Both the position numbers and the translations under genes were made by a program. Of a DNA stretch of 64,000 nt, positions 63,421 through 64,000 are shown one piece after another; the stretch's first letter is position 1; the number at the start of each line of letters is the position of its first letter. The notes below the pieces were generated by a model that saw nothing but the letters and a program-made list of their open reading frames with translations, did no database searches and was not told the DNA's origin. Source of the stretch: Gracilinanus agilis (lineage: Eukaryota); the NCBI RefSeq assembly GCF_016433145.1, contig NC_058130.1, positions 48,511,396 through 48,575,395 on the forward strand, in the 5' to 3' direction.

Positions 63421-64000
63421 TTTATAAAGAGGGTCTGGGTAATTTGATGAGATCCCAAGAAGGCAAATCTTTTTAGGGTTCTTTGCATCATATTATGGAG
63501 GGTTTGAGCATGTTCATGGACACCTCACTAAGAGGAGTGTAAATTTCTTTAAGTCTCAATGGTTGAAAATGAATTGATTATCTCTCATTGATTTGGGACT
63601 TTTTTTTTAAAAAGCTGAACCTGTGAAAAAGGAGCTAATCTCAGAATCAGCCTTTTTGTTGTTTTTGTTTTGCAAAACTTTAAAGAGAGCTGACAACAGA
63701 CCAGAGAATTGCAGCAGAGCTAAGTGCAGACCCAAGTCCCAAGAGTAGAGGAAAGCCTATGTATCAGTACAGCTGCCCCAAAGGGGGCCACTAATGGCAC
63801 CTTTGGGGCATAGGCACATTGCAGCCACACATTCTTTCAATCATGTGGCTTGAGTCCTTACACTTAGTCATGAAGAAGCAGTGGCAAAGGAAATTATCTG
63901 CCATTGCTTCAACCACAGTGCCCTAGGAGAGGGCGATCATAAAACCAAATAGGAAAATCCTTGGATCTAGTCTTTTAGAAAGAAGGGGAAATTCTTGGAT

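Noticed and set aside
1-64000. CRISPR arrays, rRNA, intact tRNA genes, prokaryotic operons
   Set aside because: None seen; tRNA-like boxes occur only as SINE heads and the window is eukaryotic.

Overview
AT-rich, repeat-dense mammalian non-coding DNA, almost certainly from an opossum (Didelphidae, most likely Monodelphis domestica). The lineage call rests on about a dozen SINE1_Mdo-type tRNA SINEs together with MAR1, MIR/MIR3, RTE, L1, L2 and L3 fragments, all recognised from memory of their consensus sequences without a database search. I found no recognisable host protein-coding exon; the ORF-track entries are transposon remnants or low-complexity artefacts. Highlights: (1) a frameshifted piggyBac-like transposase fossil at about 2.1-3.0 kb, apparently two tandem partial copies, one with PGBD5-like motifs; (2) a young 596-bp hAT non-autonomous element with intact TIRs and a perfect 8-bp TSD; (3) a CpG-enriched regulatory patch with two CCAAT boxes and a CTCF-like motif, partly duplicated across an assembly N; (4) a 7SL-derived retrocopy; (5) several nested insertions with readable TSDs. 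Boundaries of old repeats are approximate.
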